From Sphaerodactylus townsendi (lineage: Eukaryota), in assembly GCF_021028975.2 (NCBI RefSeq), contig NC_059431.1:43462001-43526000 (forward strand): DNA of 64,000 nt. Reading direction: 5' to 3'. The position numbers and the translations under genes are program-made. Each line of letters starts with the position of its first letter. Position 1 is the first letter of the stretch. Under the pieces are notes generated by a model. It saw only the letters and a list, made by a program, of their open reading frames with translations. It was not told where the DNA came from and searched no databases. Below are positions 62,508 to 64,000 of the stretch, piece by piece.

Positions 62508-62998
62508 ACCGATGCCTCTGACTATGCAGTGTTAGGTTCACTCTGGGTTCCTGTGAAGTTACAGGTTAGGATCAAATCACTTTATGCACTTCTTCTTTTT
62601 TTTGCTATGTGGGTTATAATAGATATACGAGATTAACAAGAAACTCTTAATCAGTTTCCTTCAAAAGATACAATTCAATGTGAACAGAAAGCACAAACCA
62701 TCCTGCTATTTTAGCAACTTAAGCAAGTCAGTTGTTTCAGATGCTAATTCACATGCTTCTCAGCCATTTAGATTAGCTCTATCATATCTTAATACTGTCT
62801 TATCCTAAACTATTACCGGACACTAAGTGTGCTGGGCTGGATCTAGAGGAGGTGAGGGGGCAGGTGCCTTGGCTGGTAAGCAAAGAGTGAATGGCAGAAG
62901 GAGCTGGGGAGACGCTCTATTGCATGGAAGAGATGGCTCATTCTGCAGCACACGCATCTGTTCCAGCAGTGGCGTAGTAGTTAAGAGCAGGTGTACTC

Positions 62999-63722
62999 CA
63001 GGGGCGTAATGCCCATTGGGCAAGGTGGGCAGCTGCCCAGGGCACCACCTTGTGGGGGGCATCAAAATGCAGGGTTCGTTTTTGGGTATTTTTAGTGGTT
63101 TTCCATTTTTGGCCTGCAGGGGGCGCAGTTTTTGGGCTAGCGGCACCAACATTTCAGTGTATCATCAGGAGACTGCTCCCTATAGCTACCCTCCAGGTTT
63201 TCTGGTGAGGTTTGGTTCAAGGAGTCCAAAGTTATGGACTCCCCAAAGGGGGTGCCCCATCCCCCATTGTTTCCAATGGGAGCTAATAGGAGATAGGGGC
63301 TACAGTTTTGAGGGTCCATAACTTTGGCCCCCCTGAACCAAACTGCACCAAACCTGGGGGGTATCATTAGGTCAGTCTCCTGATGAGACCATGAAAGTTT
63401 TGAGACTGTGCCTTCAGAAATGTGCCCCCTAGCCTGCAACCCCCATTGACAGCAATGCAGAAAACTCAATGCAGAACAAAGATTCTTGGGCAAATTTCTG
63501 GGATGTTCCTGCAGAGGGTGCATTTTTGGACGTATCAGCACCAAAATTTCAGGGTATCATCTGAAGACTGTCATGATGGCACCCCCCAAGTTTGGTGCAG
63601 TTTGGGTCTGGGGGGCCAAAATTATGGACCCTCAAAAGGGTAGCCCCATCTCCTTAGCGTGGGGGGGGGGGCATCCAACTCAGGTTTTGCCCAGGGCTAC
63701 AGTTTGCCTCATTACGCCACTG
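62999..63722. mobile_element. Non-autonomous hAT transposon
   Basis: TIRs caggggcgtaatg / cattacgccactg. Perfect 8-bp TSD gtgtactc at 62991-62998 and 63723-63730. Confidence 0.92.
63110..63128 (+). promoter_or_regulatory. Candidate CTCF motif within the hAT MITE
   Basis: tggcctgcagggggcgcag against the consensus TGGCCACCAGGGGGCGCTA. Paralogous tggccttcagggggcgcat at 23673-23691. Confidence 0.5.
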
Positions 63723-64000
63723 GTGTACTCTAATCTGGAGGGACCGGGTTTGATTCCTTGCTCTGCCACCTGAGCTGTGGAGGCTCATCTGGGGAATTCA
63801 GATTAGCCCATGCAGTCCAACACATGCCAACTGGGTGGCCTTGGGCTAGTTACAGTTCTTCTGAGTTCTCACAACCCCACCAACCTCACAGGGTGTTTGT
63901 TGTGAGGGGGAAGGGTAAGGAGTCTCCTACAGGAGAAAAAGGGGGATATGAATCCAACTCTTCTTCTTCTTCTTCTTCTTCTTCTTCTTCTTCTTCTTCT

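Larger units (their letters stand above)
62965..64000 (+). mobile_element. Squam3-type SINE split by a hAT element
   Basis: Head agcagtggcgtagtagttaagagcaggtgtactc at 62965-62998 resumes at 63723 and runs to the (CTT)n tail. Confidence 0.9.

Overview
This is non-coding, repeat-rich vertebrate DNA, most likely from a gecko or other squamate (Squam3-type CORE-SINEs with (CTT)n tails, Sauria and 5S-derived SINEs). I find no supportable host protein-coding exon, so the window reads as a gene desert or large intron. There are two assembly gaps (15326-15659, 28035-28214). The recognisable ORF fragments are decayed retrotransposon ORFs: L2, CR1, RTE/BovB, Dong/R4, Rex1/Babar and Penelope GIY-YIG. 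The window also holds many non-autonomous DNA transposons (hAT with 8-bp TSDs, PIF/Harbinger-type with 3-bp TSDs, Helitron-like), two related solo LTRs and a GC-rich DIRS/Ngaro- or LTR-like remnant. Most worth follow-up: (1) two hAT MITEs with different ends share an internal module carrying a near-consensus CTCF motif and are reciprocally nested with the Squam3 SINE; (2) a 321-bp foreign, mRNA-3'-end-like insert is bracketed by 79-bp direct repeats; (3) Penelope-borne minimal hammerhead ribozyme relics; (4) a CR1 insertion whose flank/5' junction is duplicated; (5) several repeat-free, motif-rich blocks that may be conserved enhancers. I do not see a clearly new biological system. Family names come from recalled sequence motifs, not database searches.
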